Shown: one piece after another, positions 26,240-35,915 of the stretch
Numbering within the stretch: the stretch's first letter is position 1
Layout of the letters: every line of letters begins with the position of its first letter
Source of the DNA: Armatimonadota bacterium
Lineage (GTDB): Bacteria; Sysuimicrobiota; Sysuimicrobiia; Sysuimicrobiales; Humicultoraceae
NCBI GenBank assembly: GCA_037446215.1
Contig: JBBIJB010000009.1
Span: 15,701 to 53,662 of the forward strand
Direction: 5' to 3'
Length of the DNA stretch: 37,962 bases
Notes under the pieces: generated by a model
What the model was told of the DNA's origin: nothing
The model's input: the letters and a program-made list of their open reading frames with translations, nothing else
Database searches by the model: none
Program-made: the position numbers and the translations under genes

Positions 26240-28422
26240 CCGCGTTCCTCGCCGCGGCGGTGGCAGCAGGGGCCCTCACCATCCGGCCCGGGCCGCTCCG
26301 CGCCGCGACCTCCACCCCGGGCGCGCTGCCGGAGGCCTACGTCACGCCCGCGCCCGACACCAGGATCATTCCTCAGCCCAAGTCGCTCCGCTGGATCGGG
26401 CGCGGCTTCGAGATCGGGCCTGCCACCCGGATCATCGTCGGCGACGGCGCAGGGCCGGAGGACCTCTACGCGGCGCGAGAGATCAACGAGGAGCTTGCGG
26501 CCTGGGGAGCTCCGCCGCTTCCAGTCGTGAGGGTTTCGGAGGCTGCCGGCCCCGCGGGCGCGATAGTGCTCGGAGAGCCGTGGCTCAACCCTCTCGCCTC
26601 TGCCGCGCTCGCTGCGGAGGGGCTGCGGGCTACCCCCGAGGATCCCGGCCCTGAGGGCTACGTGCTGGAGATACGTGAGGGGATGGTGATCGCGAGCGGG
26701 TCCGACCGGCGCGGCACCTTCTACGCGGCACAGACACTGAGGCAGCTCATCGGGCGAGATCCGGACAACCCTTCGAGGATACGGGTGAAGGGAGCAAGGA
26801 TCCGTGACTGGCCCGATCACCGGATCCGTGCGCTGCACGTGGTTCTGGACGGCCACTCCGACCTGTTCCACACGGCACTCGTGGAGCGCATCCTCAGCAG
26901 GTACAAGTTCAACACCCTGATCGCGGAGTCCGAGTACGTCAGGTGGGAGAGCGCGCCGGCCATATGGCACTCGGGCGGCGCCACCAAGGCGCAGGCCGCC
27001 GCCGTGGTAGCCTCGGCCCGCGCCCACCTGATCGAGCCGGTGCCCTTGATCCAGACGCTGGGCCACTCGGGCTGGCTGTTCCACAACGATCAGAACCTGG
27101 ACCTGCTCGAGATGCCGGCCGAGCTCGCGCCGGCGCGGTTCGCCTACGATCCGCTCAACCCGCGCGTCTACGAGGTCGTGCTCCCCATACTCGACGAGGC
27201 GATCGCGCTGTTCGGCGCAGGACGCCTCCACATCGGCCACGACGAGGTACGCAACGTCGTGCCCTTCCCGTGGTCTCCGGAGGGCCGCCGGCTGGGGTTT
27301 GCCGAGCTGTTCCTGCAAGACGTGCTCCGGCTGCACGGTCACCTGCGGTCGCGCGGCGTTGAGACGATGATGTGGGGCGACGTCCTGCTGAACACCGAGT
27401 ACGCGGCCGAGTGGGCGCGCCTGCCCCGCGACATCGTGGTCGTGGACTGGCAGTACCACGCGGCAGTGCGCTATCCGAGCATCGAGCGGCTGCGCTCGCT
27501 CGGATTCCCCGTGCTGGCGGCCTCGTGGCACCGCCCGGGAAACATCGCCTCCCTATCCGCGGATGCCCGGCGTGCCGGCGCCTCGGGCATGGTGCAGACC
27601 ACGTGGACCGGCTACTTCGGCAACCGTGCCGCGCTGCAGTCGCTCTACCACCAGATCTACGCCTACACGGCGGCCGCCGACCACTTCTGGTCGTCCGCGA
27701 GGGCGGATCCCTCGCTGTCGCAGGTGGAGGCGGCGGCGCGGTTCCGCGCCGACTGGGCGATCGCGCGTCCCCGCCAGGAGAGGATTCCCGGGCGTGCCCT
27801 GGATCTGCGCGCCGCCACCAACCTGGGCCATGTTGACCGGCCGGCGGATCTCGCTGGTGCCGGTTGGCTTCGAAAGGGACCGGGATACGATCTTGGGAGC
27901 CTCCCGGCGGGCCCGGTTCGGCTGGGCGGGGTGCAGTACGAGATCCTCGACCCGAGGGAGCGCCCCGGCCGCAGCGTGGTGGCGCTGCGCGGGCAGCGTG
28001 ACCCCCTGCGCGGCCTGCCCGAGCGCGTGTCCGTGGGAGCCGGGTTGCGCGCGGGCGAGCTGTGCTTCCTCCATACGCTGCCCTATCCGGCGCTGCGGTT
28101 CGCAGAGAGGGTGGCAACCTACACCGTGCTCTTCGGCGACGGCGGAAAGGCCGAGATCCCGGTCAGGCACGGAGTCGAGATAGGGACTTGGCTGGACGAT
28201 CCGCGATCGATCGCGCACGAGATCGCCTGGGCCGGCCGCACCGGTTCCGGGGTCGAGGCCCGGCTCTCCGCCATGTGCTGGCCGAACCCGGATCCCGGCA
28301 GGCCCATAGTCGCGGTAGAGCTGGCCGCGTCGGAAGCCGCCGCGGCGCCGGTGGTATTCGCGATCACCGCCCTGGAGAAGCGAAGGGCGCAGGGAGGAAG
28401 AGACCGGGAGGTAGGGGATTGA
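26221..28422 (+). CDS. Secreted GH20 beta-N-acetylhexosaminidase-like glycoside hydrolase with C-terminal beta-sandwich domain
   Basis: C-terminal part of the 1144-aa ORF. Signal peptide, IIPQPK, EGYVLEI, GTFYAAQTLRQL, IRDWPD..IR, PLIQTLGH, catalytic HIGHDE, MWGD, DWQY. Confidence 0.87.
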   Translation: MERAVVAAFLAAAVAAGALTIRPGPLRAATSTPGALPEAYVTPAPDTRIIPQPKSLRWIGRGFEIGPATRIIVGDGAGPEDLYAAREINEELAAWGAPPLPVVRVSEAAGPAGAIVLGEPWLNPLASAALAAEGLRATPEDPGPEGYVLEIREGMVIASGSDRRGTFYAAQTLRQLIGRDPDNPSRIRVKGARIRDWPDHRIRALHVVLDGHSDLFHTALVERILSRYKFNTLIAESEYVRWESAPAIWHSGGATKAQAAAVVASARAHLIEPVPLIQTLGHSGWLFHNDQNLDLLEMPAELAPARFAYDPLNPRVYEVVLPILDEAIALFGAGRLHIGHDEVRNVVPFPWSPEGRRLGFAELFLQDVLRLHGHLRSRGVETMMWGDVLLNTEYAAEWARLPRDIVVVDWQYHAAVRYPSIERLRSLGFPVLAASWHRPGNIASLSADARRAGASGMVQTTWTGYFGNRAALQSLYHQIYAYTAAADHFWSSARADPSLSQVEAAARFRADWAIARPRQERIPGRALDLRAATNLGHVDRPADLAGAGWLRKGPGYDLGSLPAGPVRLGGVQYEILDPRERPGRSVVALRGQRDPLRGLPERVSVGAGLRAGELCFLHTLPYPALRFAERVATYTVLFGDGGKAEIPVRHGVEIGTWLDDPRSIAHEIAWAGRTGSGVEARLSAMCWPNPDPGRPIVAVELAASEAAAAPVVFAITALEKRRAQGGRDREVGD

Positions 28423-29462
28423 TGATGAACACACCAGACGCCTGCGGCCTCGAGCTGAAGGGCCGCGTTGTGATCGAGCAGGTCACCGGCCAGGCTCTCG
28501 AGGGAAACCCTCTGGGCGATCCACACATCAGGAGGATCCCTGTCTACCTTCCGCCGGGATACGACGGCGCGGCCGCCTCCTACCCGGTGATCTACTGGCT
28601 TCACGGCTACACCGGCTTCGGTCTCTCGGCGCTGTCCCCCAGCCCGTGGGTGCCGACGCTTCCCGAGTGCATGGAGCGCGCCATCGCCGGAGGCGCGCCG
28701 CCGGCCATACTGGTGATGGCCGACGGCTTCACGAAGTTCGGGGGAAGCCAGTACCTGGACTCTGGGGCCACGGGCCGCTACGAGGAGTACGTGACGGGCG
28801 ATCTCGTGACGCACATAGACCGCAGGTACCGCACGCTCGCCGACCCGTCGCACCGCGGCATCTGCGGGAAGTCGAGCGGGGGCTTCGGGGCGCTCGCGCT
28901 GGCGATGCGCCATCCCGACCTCTTCGGCGGCGTCGCCTCCCACAGCGGCGACATGCTGTTCGAGGCCTGCTACATGCCCGACTTCTGGAAGTTCTGCAAC
29001 ATCACCGCGAGGTGGGGGGGCGTAGAGCAGTTTCTGCGGGCTTTTCTCGAGATGCCGAAGAAGACGAACGATGCGGTAACCGCGGTGAACATCGCGGCGA
29101 TGGCGATGGCCTACTCGCCCAACACCGCCCGGCCGCCGTTCCTCTTCGACCTGCCCTTCGATCCGCACACCGGAGAGATCGACGAGGCCACGTGGGCCCG
29201 GTGGCTCTTCTGGGATCCGGTCAGGATGGTGGAGCGCCACGCCGATGCCCTCCGCTCGATGCGGCTCGTCTACTTCGTGTGCGGCTCCCGCGATCAGTAC
29301 CACCTGCACCTCGGGGCCCGGCTGCTGCGCAAGCGGCTGGAGGGGCTCGGCGTCCCTCACGAGCACCAGGAGTTCGATGACGACCACACCGCCGTCAACT
29401 ACCGGTACATCGAGTCGCTGAAGCGGCTGAGCGCTGCCCTCGCAGGACCTCACGGTGGGTAG
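28422..29462 (+). CDS. Alpha/beta-hydrolase, putative esterase (Fes/FrmB-like)
   Basis: VYLPPGY, YPVIYWLHG, nucleophile elbow GKSSGG, GSRD, FDDDH. Start overlaps the GH20 stop (TGATG). Confidence 0.85.
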   Translation: MMNTPDACGLELKGRVVIEQVTGQALEGNPLGDPHIRRIPVYLPPGYDGAAASYPVIYWLHGYTGFGLSALSPSPWVPTLPECMERAIAGGAPPAILVMADGFTKFGGSQYLDSGATGRYEEYVTGDLVTHIDRRYRTLADPSHRGICGKSSGGFGALALAMRHPDLFGGVASHSGDMLFEACYMPDFWKFCNITARWGGVEQFLRAFLEMPKKTNDAVTAVNIAAMAMAYSPNTARPPFLFDLPFDPHTGEIDEATWARWLFWDPVRMVERHADALRSMRLVYFVCGSRDQYHLHLGARLLRKRLEGLGVPHEHQEFDDDHTAVNYRYIESLKRLSAALAGPHGG

Positions 29463-29467
29463 CGCGC

Positions 29468-30385
29468 GTGGATAGCGCTCCGCCGGCACGCCCTCTGCTC
29501 GGGCGCAGCCGCAGGGAGTGGCGCACCACGGCCGCGGCGTATATGTTCCTGGCCCCGGCGCTCCTGCTGCTGGGTACCTTCACCTTCTACCCGGTGGCGT
29601 ACGGCACCGCGCTCAGCCTGTTCGAGTACGACGTGATCTCGCCGCCCCGGTTCGTGGGGCTCGCACACTTCAGGGAGTTGGTGGACGACCGTTTCCTCCA
29701 CATAGCGCTGGCCAACTCCGCGAAGTTCCTTCTGGTCGTCCCTGTTCTTCAGGTGATGTCGATCGGGCTCGCGGTCGCGGTCAACCGCCCGCTCCGCGGG
29801 ATCCGCTGGTTTCGCGCGGCCTACTACCTCCCAGTGGTTACATCGATGGTCGCGGCCGGGCTGATGTGGCGCTGGCTGCTCGAGCAGGACGGCCTGGTGA
29901 ACTACCTCCTGACGAAGGCCGGCCTGCTGGACCGGCCGGTGGCCTGGCTCGGCCATCCCGACCTGGCGCTCTACGCCGTGATGTTCGTCACGCTCTGGAA
30001 GGGGCTCGGCTTCTACATGGTGATCTACCTTGCCGGCCTCCAGGCGGTCTCCCCCGAGTTCGAGGAGGCCGCGGTCTGTGACGGGGCGTCGCGCTGGCAG
30101 GTCTTCCGCCACGTCACGCTGCCGCTGCTGCGCCCCTCGATCCTGCTCGCATCGACGATCTCGGCGATAGCCGCCCTCAAGGTGTTCGAGGAGGTCTACG
30201 TCATGACCGGCGGCGGGCCGATGTTCCGGACCTACACGATGTTCTTCTACATTTTCGATCGGGGCTTCCAGCAGCTCGAGCTTGGATACGCCGCCGCGAT
30301 CGCGCTCGTGCTGGCCGCGGCGGTGATGGCGCTTTCGGCGGTCAACTTCACCATCTTCCGCCGCGGGGGTTGGACCTACTACTGA
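29468..30385 (+). CDS. Sugar ABC transporter permease (MalF/UgpA-like)
   Basis: YMFLAP, FVGLAHF, WKGLGFYMVIYLAGLQ, EEAAVCDGA, GYAAA. Confidence 0.93.
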   Translation: MDSAPPARPLLGRSRREWRTTAAAYMFLAPALLLLGTFTFYPVAYGTALSLFEYDVISPPRFVGLAHFRELVDDRFLHIALANSAKFLLVVPVLQVMSIGLAVAVNRPLRGIRWFRAAYYLPVVTSMVAAGLMWRWLLEQDGLVNYLLTKAGLLDRPVAWLGHPDLALYAVMFVTLWKGLGFYMVIYLAGLQAVSPEFEEAAVCDGASRWQVFRHVTLPLLRPSILLASTISAIAALKVFEEVYVMTGGGPMFRTYTMFFYIFDRGFQQLELGYAAAIALVLAAAVMALSAVNFTIFRRGGWTYY

Positions 30386-31200
30386 TGCGCACCTCCGGGC
30401 TAGTGCTGCGGTACGCCGGGCTGGGCGCGCTCGCCCTGTTCACGACCTTTCCTCTCCTGTGGCTGCTCTCAGTGGCGCTGCGCACCAGCGGCAGCGTGTT
30501 CGGCTTCCCGCCCCAGCTCCTACCCTGGCCGCCTTCGCTCCAGAACTTCCTGGTGGTCTGGAACACGATGCCGCTGCCCAGGTTCTTCCTCAACACGGTG
30601 ATCCTGGCGGGCGCGGCGGTCGCCCTGAACCTGCTCCTGTGCGCGATGGCGGCCTATCCCCTTGCGCGGATGGAGTTCCCCGGGCGCCGCATCGTCTTCG
30701 GCCTGCTGATCTCGACGCTCATGCTGCCGGGTCATGTGGGCCTGATAGTGAACTTCGTGACGATGATGAGGCTGCGTCTCGTGGACACCTACGCCGGGGT
30801 CCTGCTCCCCGGCGCGGTCAGCGTCTTCGGAATACTCCTGCTGAGGCAGGCCTTCCTGACAATCCCGAAGGAGCTCGAGGACGCGGCGCGGATCGACGGG
30901 GCCTCGGAGTGGACGATCTGGTGGCGGGTGATGCTGCCGGTGGTGTCACCGGCGCTGGCGGCGCTGGCGCTGTTCGAGTTCGTGGCGGTGTGGAACTCCT
31001 TCCTGTGGCCGCTGATAGTGCTGAAGACGCCCGATAAGTACCCGCTGGCGGTGGGGCTGCTCTACCTCTCCGGCCTGTTCGGTCACAACACGCGGGCGGT
31101 GGCGGCCGGGGCGGTCGTGATGACGGTGCCGATCATCGTGGTCTTCCTGTTCACGCAGCGCTTCTTCCTGCGCGGCCTGACCGTGGGCGCTGTAAGATGA
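30385..31200 (+). CDS. Sugar ABC transporter permease (MalG/UgpE-like)
   Basis: AAYPLARMEFPG, IPKELEDAARIDGA, WNSFLWPL, QRFF..G...GAV; ATG overlaps the upstream stop. Confidence 0.93.
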   Translation: MRTSGLVLRYAGLGALALFTTFPLLWLLSVALRTSGSVFGFPPQLLPWPPSLQNFLVVWNTMPLPRFFLNTVILAGAAVALNLLLCAMAAYPLARMEFPGRRIVFGLLISTLMLPGHVGLIVNFVTMMRLRLVDTYAGVLLPGAVSVFGILLLRQAFLTIPKELEDAARIDGASEWTIWWRVMLPVVSPALAALALFEFVAVWNSFLWPLIVLKTPDKYPLAVGLLYLSGLFGHNTRAVAAGAVVMTVPIIVVFLFTQRFFLRGLTVGAVR

Positions 31201-31242
31201 TCCGTAGGTGGAGTCTCGGCTGAACGGCGAGGGGGGAGTGAA

Positions 31243-32751
31243 GTGAACCGCGTGGTGTTCGTGCCGCTTGACGACCGGCCCGCGACCCGGCAGACTGTCA
31301 CGGACCTGCTGCCGCTCGTCTGCGCCTCGTGGAGCACCCCGCCGGTCGAGATCCTCGGGAAGGGCCACGACGCGCCCGACGGCGAGGCGCTCTTCCGCTG
31401 GGTCGAGCGTGAGGTGGGCTCGGCCGACGCGATGATCGCCTCCGGCGAGGCCCTGATCCACGGGGGTCTGGTCCCCTCCCGTCTCTCCAACGCGCCGATG
31501 GAGGCCCTCTGGCAGCGGCTCGACCGGCTGGAGCGGGTCGCGGCAAGGGTCCCGACCTACCTCTCAGCGGTCAACCCGAGGATTCCCGCGGCCGAGGGAG
31601 GAGAGGAGCCCGGGTACTGGCGGAGCTACGGCGATCGGCTGCGCTCCTACTCGGCTCACTTGGACGCGGGTGAGCACTCGGGCCAGGAGGCCCGCCTGCG
31701 CAGCGCGATGGAGGCGCTGGAGGGGCTCCCGTCCGCCGTCGTGGACGACCTGCTGCGCCGCCGCCGCAGGCAGCTGCTCGTCAACCTGGAGTTGCTGGCG
31801 ATCTCGGCGCGGGGCGGCCTGGCCTCCCTGCTGATCGGGCAGGACGACTCCGAGGTGTTCGGCTTCACGCGCGCCGACCTCGCGACGCTGAGGCGGTTCA
31901 AGGTGAGATCGGGCGCGGCCCGCGCGCACATCTCGATCGGGGCCGACGAGCTGGGCGCCAGGCTGCTCGCACGCCTCGCCAACGACACGGCCGGACGCTC
32001 ACCCCGCGTGGCGGTCCGCTACACCTTCCCCGACGCGAGGCGGAGCATCCCCAAGTACGAGCCCGCCCCCCTGGAGGAGACCGTCGCCGGCCACCTTGAG
32101 GCCGCGGGATGCGCCCCGTCCGAGGAGGCGCCCGATCTCGTGCTGTGGGTCCACAACTTCCCCGGCGCGGTGCAGCGCGAGGCCGCCGACCAGCGCGGCG
32201 CGCCGCCGGCCCCGGTGAGGAGCGTGGTCGCCGCGATGGCCGAGGCCGCGTCGAGGGGGCAGCTCTGCGGCTGCGCCGACGTCCGCTTCGCCAACGGCGC
32301 GGACGACTCACTGGTGAGGTCGCTGCTCGCCCGGGAGGAGCTGGCCGGTCTCTCTGGATACGCCGGCTGGAACACCTGCAGCAACAGCCTCGGGACGGTG
32401 ATCGCTCAGCTGGTCGCGGCACTCCACGCGCGCGAGAACGTCAGCGCGGTCAGGGCGCAGCAGCTCCGCCGCAGGTACCTGGCCAGGCGCCTGCTGGACG
32501 ACTGGGGCTACCAGACGGTGGTGCGCCCGCACCTCACCCGCGAGGTGGCCCCGTCGATGGGCGCGGACCCCGCGCATCTCGGCCCTGCCGCACCCACGAT
32601 CGCGGACGCGGCGCTGCGCAAGATCCGGGAAGAGGTTCTGCCGTCGGTCGAGCGGGCGCTGGGCCACTGCGGCCTCGCCGGGCTCTCGTTCCCCTGGGAC
32701 AGGCTTTTCGAGGCCGAGGTGCACCTGCCGAATGAGTCGCTCGGGCTCTGA
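31243..32751 (+). CDS. DUF4127 family protein
   Basis: VFVPLDDRP N-terminus, GGLVPSR, GQDD, GADE, ADVRFANG.D, YAGWNT.SNSLG, LLDDWGYQ, FPWDRLFE. Confidence 0.8.
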   Translation: MNRVVFVPLDDRPATRQTVTDLLPLVCASWSTPPVEILGKGHDAPDGEALFRWVEREVGSADAMIASGEALIHGGLVPSRLSNAPMEALWQRLDRLERVAARVPTYLSAVNPRIPAAEGGEEPGYWRSYGDRLRSYSAHLDAGEHSGQEARLRSAMEALEGLPSAVVDDLLRRRRRQLLVNLELLAISARGGLASLLIGQDDSEVFGFTRADLATLRRFKVRSGAARAHISIGADELGARLLARLANDTAGRSPRVAVRYTFPDARRSIPKYEPAPLEETVAGHLEAAGCAPSEEAPDLVLWVHNFPGAVQREAADQRGAPPAPVRSVVAAMAEAASRGQLCGCADVRFANGADDSLVRSLLAREELAGLSGYAGWNTCSNSLGTVIAQLVAALHARENVSAVRAQQLRRRYLARRLLDDWGYQTVVRPHLTREVAPSMGADPAHLGPAAPTIADAALRKIREEVLPSVERALGHCGLAGLSFPWDRLFEAEVHLPNESLGL

Positions 32752-34105
32752 GACGCTCGACGTCGCAGTGATCGGCGGAGGCCCCTCCGGCGTAGCGGCC
32801 GCGGTCGCGGCCGCGCGCGAGGGATCGCGCGTGGCGCTCGCCGAGAGATACGGCTTCCTCGGGGGGTCGCTGACGGCGGCGCTGGTCGCGCCGATGATGG
32901 GATTTCACTCGGGATCACACCGGGTGGTGGCAGGCATCGCCCAGGAGATCGTCGATGAGATGGTAGCCAGGGGCGCCTCGCCCGGACACGTCCCCGACCC
33001 GATAGACTTCTGCCACACCGTCACCCCCTTCGACCACGAGGGGCTGAAGCAGGTCCTGATGGAGACGGCATGCGCGGCGGGCGTGCGGCTGCTCCTCCAC
33101 TCGCAGCTCCTGGGCGCCCGGAGCGAGCGCGGCACCATACGTGCCGCCACCCTGGCACAGAAGGGCGGCCCGGTCGAGATCCACGCCCGCGTCTTCGTGG
33201 ATGCCACCGGGGACGGCGATCTCTCCGCGGCCGCGGGCGCGCCCTGGGAGTCCGGGAGGCCGCGGGACGGCCTCGCCCAGCCGATGACGCTGATGCTGAG
33301 GCTCGGCGGTGTGCGGTGGGACGAGGTGATGGACCATCTACAGGCGCACCCGGAGCAGATCCAGCACGGGCACGGCGTGCACGGGAAGATAGATGTAGCG
33401 TGGCTGCGCGCTCTGCCGTGCCGCGGCTTCTCGGGCTTCTCCGATGCGGTGGCCGAGGCGCGCGAGAGGGGCGAGTGGGCGGTGCCGAGGGACCGGGTGC
33501 TCGTCTTCGAGGGAGTCCGGCCCGGGGAGGCCACGGTCAACGCGACGAGGGTGCTCGGCCGCTCTGGGGTGAGCGGCGCCGACCTGGCCCTGGCCGAGGT
33601 CGAAGGACGCGCGCAGGCGCGCCAGGTCGTCGAGTTCCTCCGCGGGCGGATACCGGGGTTCGGTGGAGCGCACCTGCTCGAGACCCCTGCCCAGATCGGC
33701 GTGCGTGAGTCGCGGCGAGTCCGAGGCGACTACACCCTCACGGCGGACGACGTGCTGGGTGCGCGCAAGTTCGAGGATGCCGTCGCCCGCGGAGCCTATC
33801 CGATAGACATCCACGACCCCGCCTCTGGTGGGCTGGCCACCCGGCGACTGCCGGCGGGAGAGCACTACACGATCCCCTACAGGTGCCTGCTTCCCCAGGG
33901 AGGCCGCAACTGGCTGGTCGCGGGCCGCTGCATCTCCGCGACGCACGAGGCAGCCGCGTCCGCGAGGATCTCGCCGGTGGCCATGGCGCTAGGGCAGGCT
34001 GCGGGCACCGCGGCCGCCCTGGCCGCGCGCTCAGGCATCACGCCCAGGGAGGTGGATGTGGCCGAGCTGCGGCGGACGCTCGCGGAGAGGGGAGCGGTCG
34101 TGTGA
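32732..34105 (+). CDS. FAD-dependent oxidoreductase (FAD_oxidored family)
   Basis: VIGGGPSGVAAA, VDATGDGD, GVRESRR, YTIPYRCL, AGRCISATH, GQAAGTAA. Confidence 0.9.
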   Translation: MSRSGSETLDVAVIGGGPSGVAAAVAAAREGSRVALAERYGFLGGSLTAALVAPMMGFHSGSHRVVAGIAQEIVDEMVARGASPGHVPDPIDFCHTVTPFDHEGLKQVLMETACAAGVRLLLHSQLLGARSERGTIRAATLAQKGGPVEIHARVFVDATGDGDLSAAAGAPWESGRPRDGLAQPMTLMLRLGGVRWDEVMDHLQAHPEQIQHGHGVHGKIDVAWLRALPCRGFSGFSDAVAEARERGEWAVPRDRVLVFEGVRPGEATVNATRVLGRSGVSGADLALAEVEGRAQARQVVEFLRGRIPGFGGAHLLETPAQIGVRESRRVRGDYTLTADDVLGARKFEDAVARGAYPIDIHDPASGGLATRRLPAGEHYTIPYRCLLPQGGRNWLVAGRCISATHEAAASARISPVAMALGQAAGTAAALAARSGITPREVDVAELRRTLAERGAVV

Positions 34106-34767
34106 CCCGCCGCGGCCTGTTGATCGTGAGCCTGCCTAGTAACGACGCGGCGCTCGCGCGCGCCGCGGCCGAGGCCGGGGCCGACCTGCTCAAGGTGCAC
34201 GTCAATGTCCGCCACCGCGCCTCGGGCACGCGGTTCGGGACGCTCGACGAGGAGGAAGGGCGGATCGACGGCGTCTTCGGCGCGGGCCTGCCGGTGGGCC
34301 TGGTCCCCGGCGAGGAGGCGATGGTCGCGCAAGAGCAGGTACCGCGGCTGCGGCGCTTCGCGTTCCTCGACGCCTACGTGACCCACCTGCCTCTGTTCCT
34401 CTACGACGCCGGTGTGCCCGTGGTCCCGGCGATACCCCATGACTACCCTTCCGAGATGTACGGCTCTATCGATGCGCTCCCCGGCGGGTGGCTCGAGGCC
34501 GCGCTCGTACCGCCCGAGGGCTACGGGCTCGATCCGACCGCCGACGACCTCGTGGCGATCGCGCGGCTGGGCGCGGTGACGCGGCGGCGGCTGATAGTCC
34601 CCACGCAGCGGCGCATCCGTCCCGAGGATCTCGAGAGGTACTTCGCGATCTCCCATGTGTGGGCGGTGATGATCGGTGCCGTCGTGACCGGTGCCACAGC
34701 GGCCGCCCTCGGCCGGGCGACCGCCGCGTTTCGCCGTGCCCTCGACGGGCTCCGGGTGGCCCAATGA
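34102..34767 (+). CDS. Conserved hypothetical protein, probable (beta/alpha)8 barrel
   Basis: GTGA and ATGA overlaps with both neighbours; LIVSLPSND, AGADLLKVHVNV.HRASG, LIVPTQR, AVMIGAVV. Confidence 0.7.
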   Translation: MTRRGLLIVSLPSNDAALARAAAEAGADLLKVHVNVRHRASGTRFGTLDEEEGRIDGVFGAGLPVGLVPGEEAMVAQEQVPRLRRFAFLDAYVTHLPLFLYDAGVPVVPAIPHDYPSEMYGSIDALPGGWLEAALVPPEGYGLDPTADDLVAIARLGAVTRRRLIVPTQRRIRPEDLERYFAISHVWAVMIGAVVTGATAAALGRATAAFRRALDGLRVAQ

Positions 34768-35915
34768 CCTTCCGCACCGACCCTGCGCTCCGCCTGTTCC
34801 TCGTGTCGCTCTTCCTCTGGATGTTCGGGATAGGGCTCTACGAGCAGCTGATACCGATCTACGCGCGCGACCTCGGCGCCTCGGCGGTGCAGCTGGGCCT
34901 GCTCTTCACGCTGCGCCACATCGCGCTTGCGGCCGGCTTCATCATCGCGTGGGCCGTCTCCGACCGGCTCAGCAGGAGGACCGTGATAGTGGCCTCCTGG
35001 GTCGCCGCGACCCCGGTGCCGCTGCTGCTGGCCGCGGCACCGAGCTACGGCTGGCTCGTGCCCGGCCTGCTCCTGTACGAGGCCACCTACTTCGGGTTTC
35101 CCGCGATGCAGGCGTTCGTAGCGCAGCGTGTCCCGCGCTCCGAGCTCGCCTCCGCGTTCAGCATGATGGGAACCGTGACCTCGATGGGATTCCTCATCTC
35201 GCCCACACTCGGAGGGGTCTTCTCCGACTGGTTTGGGATTCGTGCCACGCTGCTCCTGGCGACCGCGTTCTACCTCGCCTCGACGTTCCTGATCCTGCGC
35301 GTGCAGATAGAGGCCCCTGGAGGAGGCTCTCTCTCGGCGGCCGTGCCGTTTCGCTGGGAGCAGGCCAGGCCGCTCGTGCCCGTGCTGTGGACGTACGCCG
35401 GGATACTGCTGGTCATCCTGATCACGGTTCCATTCACGACCCCGTTCCTGCACGAGGTGCGGGGGATGTCCCTGGCGAGCATCGGCTTCCTAGGATCGAT
35501 GGTGGGGCTGGGAGCCGTCGCGTTCACTCCAGTGGCCGGCCGCCTCGGCGACCGGCTCGGCTTGGCGCCGGCGATGGCGGCCACGCTCGTCCTCTTCGCG
35601 CTCGGCATGGTGCTCACGATCTACGGGCCCGTCGCGCTGCTTCCGATCGTGGCGACGTTCAGGTGCAGGTCGCCCCTGAACTCGCTGGGCCACGCTCTGG
35701 TCGGCGAGCGCGCCCCCCCTGAGATCATCGGGCGCGCCTTTGCACTCGCCGGGATCCTGGCCGCGCTGCTTGCGGCCGCCGGCTCGTTCCTGGGCGGATT
35801 CGCCTACCGTGTTGATCCCGCTCTCCCGCTGCTGGTCTCGGTCGTGCTGGCCGTCGCTATCGCGGCCGGGCTGGTCGCTCGAGGACGGGCAGCGGCGAGG
35901 ACCCCGGGGGCGTGA
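34764..35915 (+). CDS. Major facilitator superfamily transporter
   Basis: About 12 hydrophobic segments; motif A variants AVSDRLSRR and GRLGDRLG. Confidence 0.87.
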   Translation: MTFRTDPALRLFLVSLFLWMFGIGLYEQLIPIYARDLGASAVQLGLLFTLRHIALAAGFIIAWAVSDRLSRRTVIVASWVAATPVPLLLAAAPSYGWLVPGLLLYEATYFGFPAMQAFVAQRVPRSELASAFSMMGTVTSMGFLISPTLGGVFSDWFGIRATLLLATAFYLASTFLILRVQIEAPGGGSLSAAVPFRWEQARPLVPVLWTYAGILLVILITVPFTTPFLHEVRGMSLASIGFLGSMVGLGAVAFTPVAGRLGDRLGLAPAMAATLVLFALGMVLTIYGPVALLPIVATFRCRSPLNSLGHALVGERAPPEIIGRAFALAGILAALLAAAGSFLGGFAYRVDPALPLLVSVVLAVAIAAGLVARGRAAARTPGA

